Shown here: positions 52,977 through 64,000 of the stretch, one piece after another
How positions within the stretch are numbered: the first letter of the stretch is position 1
Layout: every line of letters starts with the position of its first letter
NCBI GenBank assembly: GCA_040357565.1
Contig: JBDODJ010000001.1
Length of the DNA stretch: 64,000 nucleotides
Reading direction: 5' to 3' (one strand)
From: Cercozoa sp. M6MM
Lineage: Eukaryota; Protista; Endomyxa: Ascetosporea
Notes under the pieces: generated by a model
The model's input: only the letters and a program-made list of their open reading frames with translations
Database searches by the model: none
What the model was told of the DNA's origin: nothing
Translations under genes and position numbers: made by a program

Positions 52977-53076
52977 NNNNNNNNNNNNNNNNNNNNNNNN
53001 NNNNNNNNNNNNNNNNNNNNNNNNNNNNNNNNNNNNNNNNNNNNNNNNNNNNNNNNNNNNNNNNNNNNNNNNNNNN
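52977..53076. other. Assembly gap (100 N) abutting a (TG)n run at 53077-53122
   Basis: Run of N characters. Confidence 1.
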
Positions 53077-53124
<48 letters not shown>

Positions 53125-53139
53125 AGTAGACACAAGTAC

Positions 53140-55499
53140 CAACGACAGCCTTGTGGTGTTCAAAGTCTCCAGGCGAGTGCACATTCAGGTGCAAGTTACC
53201 GTCGCCCAAATGACCGTAGCCACAGGCATGCAGGTTTTCTGCGTAAACAGACAATACAAGAGTAGACAGTTATAGGGATATAGGGTGCTGAATACCCTTG
53301 TTGGGTAAGTCGGACTCATCGATGCGGCATTGGGTCATTTGCACAAAGTGTTCGAACTCGCTCACCGGGATACTGATGTCGTACCTGCCACAGTAGACGA
53401 ACAAGCTTGTCCAGACACATACACAACATGTATACTCGCGAGGTACTTGTAGGTCGCGCCAGACTTGACGAGTGCCTCGGCGCACGACTCGCGCAGCAGC
53501 CAGATTTCGCGCACCTGCCGCTCGTCCATCGCCACCACGCCTGACCGGGGAGGGGGTAAAGGGACAAGGGGTAGGGGTAAAGAACACAGGTACCGTCATT
53601 GACACCGTCGATTTCGCCAAGCGCGGTTTCGAGAAACGCCTCGAACTTTGCGCTGTCGTGCTCTTCGTTGCTGCCTGCAGAAAGGGGTAAAGGAAGGCAA
53701 AGAGGGGTAAAGGTAAAGGCTAGATTGGGGGTAGGAAGACAAGGAAACCTTGCGATTCAATGACAACAAAAAACGCGTGCTCTTCCTCAAACGGATTCCT
53801 GGCGCCTTGGATGTGTTCCTGGGTAACGGGGGGGGGGGGCGGGGAAAGGGGTCAAAAGGAAGATAGAAAAGGATTAACAAAAGAGAACAAGAGTAAAGGG
53901 TAAAGGCTAAAGGGGTAGAGAGGGGATATAAGGGGTAAACGGGGGTGGAGGAGGGGTAAACTACAGCCACAGTGTTGAAAGAGGCGGCATCGCCGAATTC
54001 AATCGCAGAAACAATCTCGCCGAGACACTCGCGCGCCTTCATGGCTACTCAAAAACAACAACGTTTGGCTACAATTAAGGGAGAGAAACAACACATAGCT
54101 ACAATTAAAGGGGTGATACACAAGGCCAGAACCGAGTCGAAGTTGTCGCACGCGAACAAGGCCAGCTGCGTCGACTTAGGTCGCGGTACCGCCAGCATGG
54201 CCACCTGGTACATTCGTCCTCATCAGTACAAATCGACCGAGCCAGTGCAAATGGACGCAGACAGTCCAGATGGACCGTACGCCAGTCCATATGGACACTG
54301 TACCTTGGTAACAACGCCAAGAGTGCCTTCAGCGCCGATGAAGAGCTGCTTCAGATCGTAGCCAGTGTTGTCCTTGCGCAACGCCGTACTGCGTAGCATG
54401 GTACAAATAAACTCAGATACCGGACCAGTACATAAAAGTTAAGGGAGTACCATAGGTCGAGAATGCGACCGTCCGGAAGAACCGCCTCGAGTCCCAGAAC
54501 GCTGCCGTGCAGTGAGCCGTACCTGCAGGGGAGGGGATAAAAAGGGGTTAACGGGAGAATAAGGGAGATAAATGGCGACAAAGAGGTATGGGTGGGGGGG
54601 GGAGGCACCTGCAGAGTCGGATACCACCTGCGTTGGTGCTAACGTTGCCACCAATCTGACAACTGAATAGGGGATACAAATGAAGTAAATACCTAAAAAG
54701 GCAAAGTGGGTAATGGGATAAAAGAGGGGTCACAAACGCACCTGCCCTTGGCACCCAGGTCCAGGGGCACGGCGAGTCCGTGCTGCGCCAGGTGCGTGTC
54801 CAGTTCCTCCAGCACGACGCCGCTTTGCGCCACCACAATTCCGCCTTGCGTGTCCACTTGCTCGATGTCTCGCATTCTAGACCTGGGGGAGGGGTAAAAT
54901 GGGGTAGAGGGCAAAACCTCAGAAGCACAGCGTACGTAGACAGGACGATTTCGTCATGCACGGGCACACTGCAGACAGAAAATCAAACATCCGCGCGGAC
55001 ACGCAGAGTCATATGAGAAATCACACCTGCCGCCGACCAGGCCAGTATTACCGCCTTGCGGAACCACTGCCAAATGACGCTCGTTGCAGTGTTTCAGAAC
55101 CTAAAGATTCGTGCCATTATTTGCCCCCCCCCCCTCCCGGAGAAAACAAGTTACCTGCGATACTTCCTCGGTTGTCCGCGGTCGCAGTACGACCTGCGAA
55201 CGACCCGTCCAGGTGCGTAGCCAGTCCTCATTGTACGGCTTCGATCAATCAATCCGGGGCATACTGCAATGCTGTGTCTAATGGTCATTGATACAGGGGG
55301 TACCTCCAACTCGCCTGCGTCTGTCAGAACGTTCTCCTCGTCTAGAATTGACTTGAAAAACGTGACATCCTCCTCGTTCAGACTCGCAAAACTCTCATCA
55401 CTGTCAACCACAAAATGTTTCGCAGAACAAGGTCTCAAAAACAACACATCGACCATACCGATTTGGAACTGCGTGAGCGGAGAAGAAACGAGGCTGCAT
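53140..55499 (-). CDS. D2HGDH: D-2-hydroxyglutarate dehydrogenase (FAD-linked), 3' end lost in the gap
   Basis: [104 protein letters not shown]. Confidence 0.92.
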
Positions 55500-55765
55500 G
55501 GTCACAGTCTAATATTGCTATTTGGCACAATCCAACTGCTGCTGTGCCAAGCAGATTCACAGCTGATGCCACTAAACTCCAACAATGTCAAGATACTGTA
55601 AAACGGAGAATTTGATCTGGCTATCTACATGTAGCCGCACTGATATGCCTGCGGAACAGTGTGTGCGCTGAGGTGCCTGTGTGATTGCGCTATTATTTTC
55701 GGTAGTTTGTGCTACTTTGGATGCCGATGATTGAATCATATCGTCATTGCTTTTTGTGTTGGCAG

Positions 55766-56825
55766 ATGGGCCGGAAAGTCGGCCGCGCCAAGTACAAGGC
55801 GTTCGATCCGCACTCGACGAACCACGAACTGCGTCGAGTATATTTCAGCGATGCTGGGCCGGCCAAGAAGGGACAATACCGTCGAGGACAGATGGACAAA
55901 CTGGATCCCAATGCTTCTGGTGCATCGCCATCTCAGTCTGGGTTTCTCTCTTGTAAGTTGTTGTCGCAGGAACATCGGGCAAAACAAAATCTGGTAACGC
56001 GAGAAAGGGCGCTCGCAACCTGAAGCCCGAAGACAAGGTCGAACTGAGATTGCCTCGTGGCATGAGACGCATAGTACATTTTTCTCTGCTCGGAAACTGT
56101 ATCACATCATTGCCCTGCCTGCACACCATCCATTGTTCGACTTGCCTGCAGGTCGAATCGCAGCGCAGACATAAATTAAAGGCTCAAAGAAGGCACGAGA
56201 ACCAACAGAACCGACGGCGCAATGAGAACGGCAAGACGAAAGCCAGCAAAAAGAGCGAGAAAAAGCAAGATGAAATTGTACCGTTTTCTTGCTTCCGTGG
56301 ATTAGTTTGTCTTCTGTTTGACCAACACTCGTGTGTCATCGCAGTCGGACCGTTTGCCGGGCGAGTCGTGGGACGAGTTTCAGCGTCGTTTGCAGAAGGA
56401 GACGCGTGCTGTGCTCATCAAACACACGCGAGAAGCGCGTGCACTCACAGTGCGTGCCAAGAGGCAAAAACTCAAGGAGAAGCAGCTCAAAAAGCAGCAG
56501 CTCAAGTTGGATGAACAGCAGCGCGATGCGGCCGACGAGGTGCACTCGCTAGCTTTCTGCCATTCTTTTTGGTTTGTTCCATTTATATCCGCCACATGCA
56601 GATCGAAGTCGAGCGACCAGAGTTTGGCGACAGTGCGAAAGCTGCCCTCGATGCGCAGGAACTCGTCAAGCAGATCGGTATTGACGTTTTGTGTTTCGAT
56701 TATAATGTTGATTGGGACATCCAGAAAGATGATTGATGTTACCTTGTGTCGTAGACGTGTTCCAAGGCATTGCCAAGAAGCGTGCGAATACGCAGCGCTA
56801 CAGCGACATTGCTGAGATGCTCTAG
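55766..56825 (+). CDS. Basic coiled-coil protein, CCDC137-like
   Basis: K/R-rich, with motifs LPRGMR, RLPGESWDEFQRRL and PEFGD. Five introns can be joined in frame. Confidence 0.55.
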
Positions 56826-57073
56826 ACGCGGCCAGGAGTTGTTTTTCAGCGTAGTTCCGTCGTTTCCGCTCTGTACCAAGTATTAATTCGGTTTTACAGT
56901 CGTCAGTCTGCGCAGTACTACTGTGCGTACGGTAGCGTAGTCAAGCCCAAGCTCGTCGGTCAGCAGAGTCAGTTTAGACCGACCGGAATCGACGCAATTG
57001 CATCGCATGTACCGTACAAAATTAGACAGAAGACACTACGCTAAACCTGAAAGCTACAAGTGACGCGCGTGCA

Positions 57074-58721
57074 TCAGCTCGCTACGGAAGCAAACTGTTG
57101 CACATCGATATCGTTGGCACCAAGACAGAAGGCGACGCGGAGGTAGGAGGCGGACTGAAGTTCCACGTCGCCGCGCAGGTAGACCCCATCGCCACGATGC
57201 AGTTGGAGGCGCCGCTCGTCGTCGTTGGGACCGGTCCGAGTCGCGATGCAACCCTCGCCGTCGAGCACGAGGGCCACCGTGTCGCCTCGCATGTGCGGCA
57301 GCTCGCAGCAATCGCTGGTCCGCGTGTGACTGGTCTCGGCATGCCGCAGCTCGCACAGCAGCACGGCGAATTCGTCGACATCCGACACAGGCGGCACGTA
57401 CAGCGACAGTGAGAGCGAGGTATCTCCCACCTGTTGCTGCATGTGCACAGGCGACACTGACAGCGGAGCTCCTGTCCGGTAGGTCAACAGACGCAGGAGT
57501 GTGTCAACGTCGCGGTACTTGGGTGTCAATCCGGCGCGCACGACGTTGTCGGAACTGCAACAAACGTAGGTGCATCAGAGCACGTATGGGTAGGGTAACA
57601 GCGCATACCAAGCCATGCTTTCAATAATGTCGCCCTGCACAGATACATTGGAATACGCTCGTACAATAAACACACAGGAAAAGAAAGGATACACTCAAGT
57701 AGGCATGCGGCTCACCCGCAGCCAAAAACAATGCCTCGCCTGGTCGTAGCTGCACGAAGTTGAGCAGCAGCGAGGTGATGACGCCGACGTCGACGCCGTG
57801 CTGCGCGTGCAGTCGCTTCAACAGCTCTGCGCGCGTCCTGTCCTCGTTGCTCGCAGTGCCGTCAGTGTCATTCGCCAGTACCGCATCGCATGTGGCCAGC
57901 AGCTGCTTCAGAACGGCCGTGTAGCTCTCCTGCGAACTGGTGAGTACTCTCCTGACAACCTCGCGCAACGTTCTGTTCCATTCGGAGCCTTGACATTCGA
58001 GAAACCTTCTGACGCACTCTTCGCCCACCAGTGCCACGAGTGACTGTACGCCGACAACCATCATATCTCACATCACGCACAAGAGCCTAACAAGACAGAG
58101 GTACCGCAGTGAAACAAGAGTTGCTAAACAGAGCTTTGAGTTCCGTCATCGATCGAAAGCCACACAGGGCCTGCCTCGCAGAAACACAACACATATAAGT
58201 CACATCTGACAACAAGCACAAGTAGTTGAGGGCATCTCACCTCAAAGTCCGTCAGTGCCAGTGCCATCTCAGGCTTGTGATTCGCGTCTTTGTAGATCTG
58301 TGGCCGCTGTGCGTGCAGTTCTCGTGCATCATTCGCACTGCAAGAGTTAAGGAACTCTCTCAAACAGTCAAGAGCTGTGATGAGGCAGTGTGTACCTTGG
58401 GTGAACCTGAATTGAGAGTGCGCGGTCGATGCTCAGCACCTTGAACAAGAAGCCGAGATCTCGACCGAGTCTTTTCCGAAGCAACTCTGCTCTTCCACTG
58501 CCGCTTTCGTTGTCGACAGACGTCCTGCGTTCGCTTTGCCTTGACTGCACGCGCGCTGGCCCGTTGGGATGCGTGCCCAGCCACAGTTCCGCACACGGCT
58601 GCGACGGCGACTCGCTGGCCAGTCGCGGTGAAGCTAGCCGGGCCACCAATGAACGCTCAGCCGGCACGCCCCAGGCGTAGTGCTGTACGGCGCCTTGTAA
58701 CCGCAGGAGCTCGGGAGTCAT
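57074..58721 (-). CDS. MPI: Mannose-6-phosphate isomerase (type I)
   Basis: [89 protein letters not shown]. Confidence 0.95.
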
Positions 58722-58750
58722 GCGCTGCCTGGCCACTGCGAGAATCAATC

Positions 58751-58786
58751 ACACGTGGCCTTTTTTGTTCTCGCAAGGCCACGTGT
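58751..58786. promoter_or_regulatory. 12-bp perfect inverted repeat with two CACGTG boxes upstream of MPI
   Basis: ACACGTGGCCTT-N12-AAGGCCACGTGT. Confidence 0.5.
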
Positions 58787-59056
58787 ACACTAAAGTGCGC
58801 CACACCGACTGGCAGACACAGTGGCACCGCAAACACCCCTCTGACACCCCTTAGCTCGACAACTTGGCACCAGCCCCAGCAGACCCTGCCTGGCGGGATT
58901 TACTTTTATGAGCTTTAAACGTGTGCAAGAAAGTGCACTAAGCACGTTTGTTGCCCAGAGTGAATATAAGCCCGAACTAAGCAACTCCGAGCGATAGGCT
59001 TTGGGATCCTGACCAAATACGGGGTTTGGTGTGCAATCATCTAGGGATTTGTCGCC

Positions 59057-60100
59057 ATGCTGAGGCATGTGTCGCGGCTGCATATTGTGTGTTATGAGGT
59101 TCCTCTCAGTGTTTCGTTATGGTCCGTCAAGTTTGAACGACCGAAAGTCAGGAGCCACGCACTGATTGCGGATATCGAGACCTACCCAGAAGAGTTTGAC
59201 GACCTAGTGTCCATCGAAGACTTTTTGAATCTAAGCGAGCGGTGCTCGGATCTTTTCGCTAAACGCATAGGATGGCGACGCACACTTCTTGTGATTGCAC
59301 CATGTACAATGAGTCTATTGTCCATGTAGATGAGTTTTGTGGACTGAGTATCAGTATTGTGAATTCGGATTGTCGCATGCGCAGTGCTAATAACGATATG
59401 CATGGCCATGATTGCTGGTGGGTTTGCTGCCATCTTCCTTGCCCGTCCGACAGAGCGAAAGCTTGCATTGGTTGGAGCACTTCTCGCCATAGGTGCAACA
59501 AAGCAGTTTTTTTGAAGCTACACCCGCAAATAAACTGTCTGGGCTCCCTACGTTTAAATAATGTACTGTGCGTAGGTGGCTGCTTTTTCTTGGTGAGCTC
59601 AGTCGTACTGGCGCAAAGCATCCATAGATACCTGGCTCGTTGCTGTTCGCGTGTTGCAGAAGAAGCAACAGCTGCTGTGGCAGGCTTGAACGAGCAGCTA
59701 CTCCGGCGGCAGGCCGGCCTCCGCATTGCGATAGACAGGCGGTGCATGCACCGAACCAGGCGAAACCTGAGCCTGGATCTGCTCAAAGTCGCACGACAAG
59801 ACCCTGAGGCCTTTCGCGTGTCCCTGTGTACTCCTCATGCGCTAGTATGTCCCCGGTTGGCGCAGTTTGGTCTTGGATCTGATGCTGTGATGAGCAGCAA
59901 TGAGGCATCTCGAGCAGTACTGGAAGTACCTGGTGGACGAAGACCATGACGACGAAGACTCCAGATCTGCCAGTTTGTCCAGTATAGACAGTCACGTCGG
60001 CCTCCGTCGCAAAGTCTGCAGCGCCCTGTGTCAGTGTAACCCCTTAAGCGCGGATCTACGATGGACCCTGCAACTCTATCGTGTTCAACGTTTTGACTAA
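59057..60100 (+). CDS. Cys-rich hydrophobic protein, possibly Erf4/GOLGA7/CHIC-like
   Basis: ETYPEEFDDLVSIEDFLNLSERCSDLF, a Cys/hydrophobic middle, and VAGLNEQLLRRQAGLRI. Exon structure is uncertain. Confidence 0.35.
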
Positions 60101-60184
60101 AAAACGACTGGCTCAGCAGCAAAATGTACAGCGTAGCGGTTAGCATAGCGTGGTCGCAAACTCTGTCCATCAAGCGTAGACTAT

Positions 60185-63100
60185 TCATGGGAGCGTCGAG
60201 ACACGAAACCGTCGAATGTCGAGCGCCGGCCATATCAGCTCTGTGTAACACAGAGTAGACTCGAAAAAACGAAAAGACCAACGGAATACAGGTCACGGTA
60301 CCTGCATATTGTAGATACGGCGGAGTAATGTCGTACTGTCTTGGCGTAGACTGCCGCCACTGGGAATTCAGTTGCGCACTGTCATCGTTTCTCTGTTTTG
60401 ATAAACACCCAGGAGAATGAAATACACACAGACATGGCAATGAAGTAAACTGTACTACCTCAAGTCCACCGCCACTATGTCCGCCGTTTTCGTTGTTCTG
60501 TACCGTAGGTTCTGGGTCTTGTGGGCCTGCCAAGCAATCAGCACAGTTTACATACACAGCACACCCCAGTTGACCTGACAAAGTACTGTACCCACTGGAA
60601 GGTCCTCGTTTGCCCAGGGATAGCCAGAGATGGCATCATGCTCGGCAACGACCTTGTCACAGGCAGTGTTCCTTCGGTTGTCTGTGCAGTCCAACCACGG
60701 AACGAGAGTACAACGCAGGTGGAATTAAAGAGCGTCAACAAAAGCGAAAGACGACTATGATCGTACCTAGGATTGAGGCAGCGACACTCCACTGCGTCGC
60801 ACTCTCGGAGACATCGAACTAGACCAGGCAAACAAGCAGTCAGCGAGAGGGGAGAGTGTACTTGAGAGTGAGTGCTATACCTTGTAAGCAACGCCAGTGC
60901 CATCTGGTTCTGTCACATCACATATTCACACACACACACACGCACACACACACGCACACACACACATACACACATCACACGTCAAGTGACTAAACATATG
61001 ATTGTGCATATACCAGAGATGGCCGAACAGGAAGCCTCTCGACAACGTGGATTGTCTTCGTCAGTACATTCGGGTGCTGTGACATTGTCAAACAGACACG
61101 CACACATATCATACAGAAACACAGAACAGGTACTGTTGGTACCAACGAAGACGTCGTCGTTGTTGTCGACCACAGGCGCAAACAGATCGTCCAAATCCAC
61201 TTCTTCCCCTGAAGGTATGTTCGCAAGGATCTTGACTCCTTCACACATAGAGACACAACAGGGATGTGGTACCAACTTGAGGGTCATCGATCGTGCCGAC
61301 ATTGGGCAGGGAGAAGAGAACGTCCAGATCCACTGTGATTCCTGAAATAAGCAATCATGTAGACACACACACACACACGCGCGCGCGCCAGCACACACAC
61401 ACACGCACACACACAGCTGCACACACACAGCTGCACACACAGGTATACTGTAGCACCATCTTGGAGGTCGTCGTTGCTTTCTGCAGCAGGCAGAGCGAAC
61501 AAGTCGTCCAAATCCACCGTATGCCCTGACAATGTACAACCTGGCCAGTGAAACTGGTACCAGAACATATGCCACCAACCAATGATAACCTTACCGCTGT
61601 CCAATGTTTCGACTGTCTCAGCGACAGAGTCCTCGCGCCACAGTGCACTGCACAATCAACAATAACAACAATCACCTAATACAACTACAGACAGAGACAC
61701 ACCAGGCGAACTGGTCCATCGTCTCAGCGACAGTGCCTCGACACAGAGGCCGCGGGTCCAGCAGCGCATCCAGCACTCGCAAGAGGTCAGGGGCACGTCG
61801 CTGCAGCAGTGTCAGAGTGTCGCCTGGAATGCAGTCATACCACAGCCACGATGGTGGCAGCTACACCAGACCAGACATCACAGAAACACAACACAAGCAG
61901 GCATCTGTGTATCGACATATGGAAGAAGGTACAGCAGGCACTTCCTCCTCGATCGAAGAGGTGGCGCCGTCCACGTGGAGGAGGCGAGCCCACATCGGCA
62001 ACTGCAGGCTCTGGCACCGCTCGAGTTGAGCGACCTCGGTGTCTGCCACACAGATGCACGTACATGGTATGCGACACATGGTAGACTGAGGCAGTACCCG
62101 GGCGGCCCATCTTGACATAGTCGCCGCAGTCGTGGCCCCACACGCCAAACATCATCGAGCGCATGATCGCACCTGCACCATTGGTCCACATATATACATA
62201 TATACTCAGTACACACACTCACACCCACACCCACCCCCACAGACCAGCAATGCAATGTACCCAACGAGAAGGAGTCCGATAAGGCAGATCGCATGCCGAG
62301 TGTTGCTGCCTCGGGTGCACTGTAACCTGGGGTGAAACCTGTATCACCACACACACACACACACACAAACATACGCACACACAAGACACAAAAGGCATAG
62401 GAGAAGGTAAGGGCACAGAGTAGTTGCGAGTGCGGCGATGTCGGTCGGCACAGTTGTTGCAGCACCTTCAACAGTGCCTGCTCGTGCGAAGTGCTGCACA
62501 CACACACAAGCAAAGTACATGCATGTGTACACACAGGGCACACACACAACATACATGCATACAGTATACACACAGAGCACACAAAGAAGAGGGAGTGTGC
62601 TACTCATGGAGCAAACGCGCCTGCCGCAGCTGTCGCACAAAAAGCCGAGCACACGTGGAGTGCGAGGCCAACGTAGATGCTACCGGACAACCCTGCCGAC
62701 ACACGAAGCAGATACACATGGACAGACAGAAACAGACCAGGACTACCTTGGGATGCAACCGCGAGCATCCTTGCAGTGACGCCTCGCCGTAGTCAATCAG
62801 CACAGCGTACACGCTGCCTAGTTCGACCTGCAACAGACATAACATGTTTGAGCACACATGTGCACAGACAGACACGTGATACCTTATCGAAAAGGTCGTA
62901 CATTTCGCCAAGTGAGGCACACGCCTCGATTTGCTCGCAGACCGCAGTGTCGTTCGACGAGAACATGAGATTGCCTGGCGATAAATCATTGTGAAGAATG
63001 CCGCGCTTGTGAAGACGTGTTAGTAGTCGGCACAGTGGCGTCAACAAGGACACTGTGGCTCGTGCGGCCTGTCGCAACTCGTGCTCGTGCCCTGTGCCGT

Positions 63101-64000
63101 ACATAATATACAGAGACACATGATACATGCAAATGTGCACACACACACATATGCATTGCTTGCAGAGAGCAAGGGTACCAAAGGGAGCAGTGTTCTCCAA
63201 CAACTGCCCCAGCGAGCAGCCACGCACTCGCTCCACCACGATGGCGGTGTCAGTGTTGGCCTCAACAGCAGCAGCAGTGGGGCACAACTTGACCGCTTCG
63301 ACCGGCAACTCTTTCTATTGCAGGCACACAGCACAATACACACTACCTAGGCCTGACAAGTGTGGAAGGAAGAGGGAGAAAGCTGCCTGCCGTTCGAGGT
63401 AGGCCAATTGCGAGCAGAGATCACCTTGCGGCAAGATGCTCGTGGGCAGCACAGGAACTGTGCCCACTGGGCTTACCGTGTGCTGCCTGTGTCATCCACA
63501 CACACACATACACAACATATAATACACACACACACACATACATATACACACACAAATGACAGAGAGTCAGGGCACCCCAAGTCAGCACCGGCCACCTGCT
63601 GCACGGTCTTGGTGGCCTCCAACTCAAAAAGCAGTGAGTTGGAGGCCCTCGTGCCTGCTTGAGCCAAGTCACGCTGCCTACCCACACACATGTTAATGTA
63701 CATACACACACATATATAGACATAAATATATGTACAGGCAGTACCACTTCTCAGTGACGCGCTCAATTTCTATCCAGTGTGCTCGCATGGCGGCCTCGTC
63801 GGCTGATTTTGTAAGAGCACTTTCCGCACGCATGTAGCGCGCGTTGTGCTTTCTGATCAGACCACACACAATGTATGCATACAGACACATACAGTAGACA
63901 CACAGTACACACACAGTACGCACAGTACAGACAGACACAGACATAATCAAAAACACACAAGGTACCTGCTAGCGGTCTGTTGCGCCAGTCGTACATTTGG
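60185..64000 (-). CDS. Atypical protein kinase-like gene, paralogue 2 (5'-partial)
   Basis: GILHNDLSPGNLMF, LIDYGEA, GFTPGYSAPEAATLGMRSALSDSFSLG, and a long C-terminal extension. Introns are full of degenerate TG repeats. The 3' end is approximate. Confidence 0.72.

Overview
Gene-dense, intron-rich eukaryotic nuclear DNA. Introns are mostly 50-110 nt GT-AG, which is why the ORF track is fragmented. There is one 100-N scaffold gap at 52977-53076. The polyubiquitin gene has a 2-aa insertion at its monomer junctions, a known Rhizaria (Cercozoa/Foraminifera) signature, and CFAP44 implies a flagellated stage. I reconstructed about 21 genes by hand. Recognisable products are CFAP44, an FHA/CHK2-like kinase, a NEK-like kinase, polyubiquitin, an SPFH protein, an AAAP/SLC38-type transporter, SSSCA1/ZNRD2, DAD1, an EML protein, an aquaglyceroporin, D2HGDH, a CCDC137-like protein and MPI; several others are orphans. 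Most notable observations: (1) a single spliced gene fusing an ERGIC-53/VIP36-type L-lectin to a complete cornichon/Erv14 domain; (2) a tandem-CH + coiled-coil + GAR 'mini-spectraplakin'; (3) a short dispersed retroposon-like repeat with target-site duplications; (4) unusual intron features (GTAC donors without +5G, TTTACCCC-rich intron clusters, splice acceptors just upstream of start codons); (5) two orphan paralogue families, one an atypical kinase pair in which one copy has lost the subdomain-IX Asp. Gene boundaries are manual and some ends are approximate. No database searches were run.
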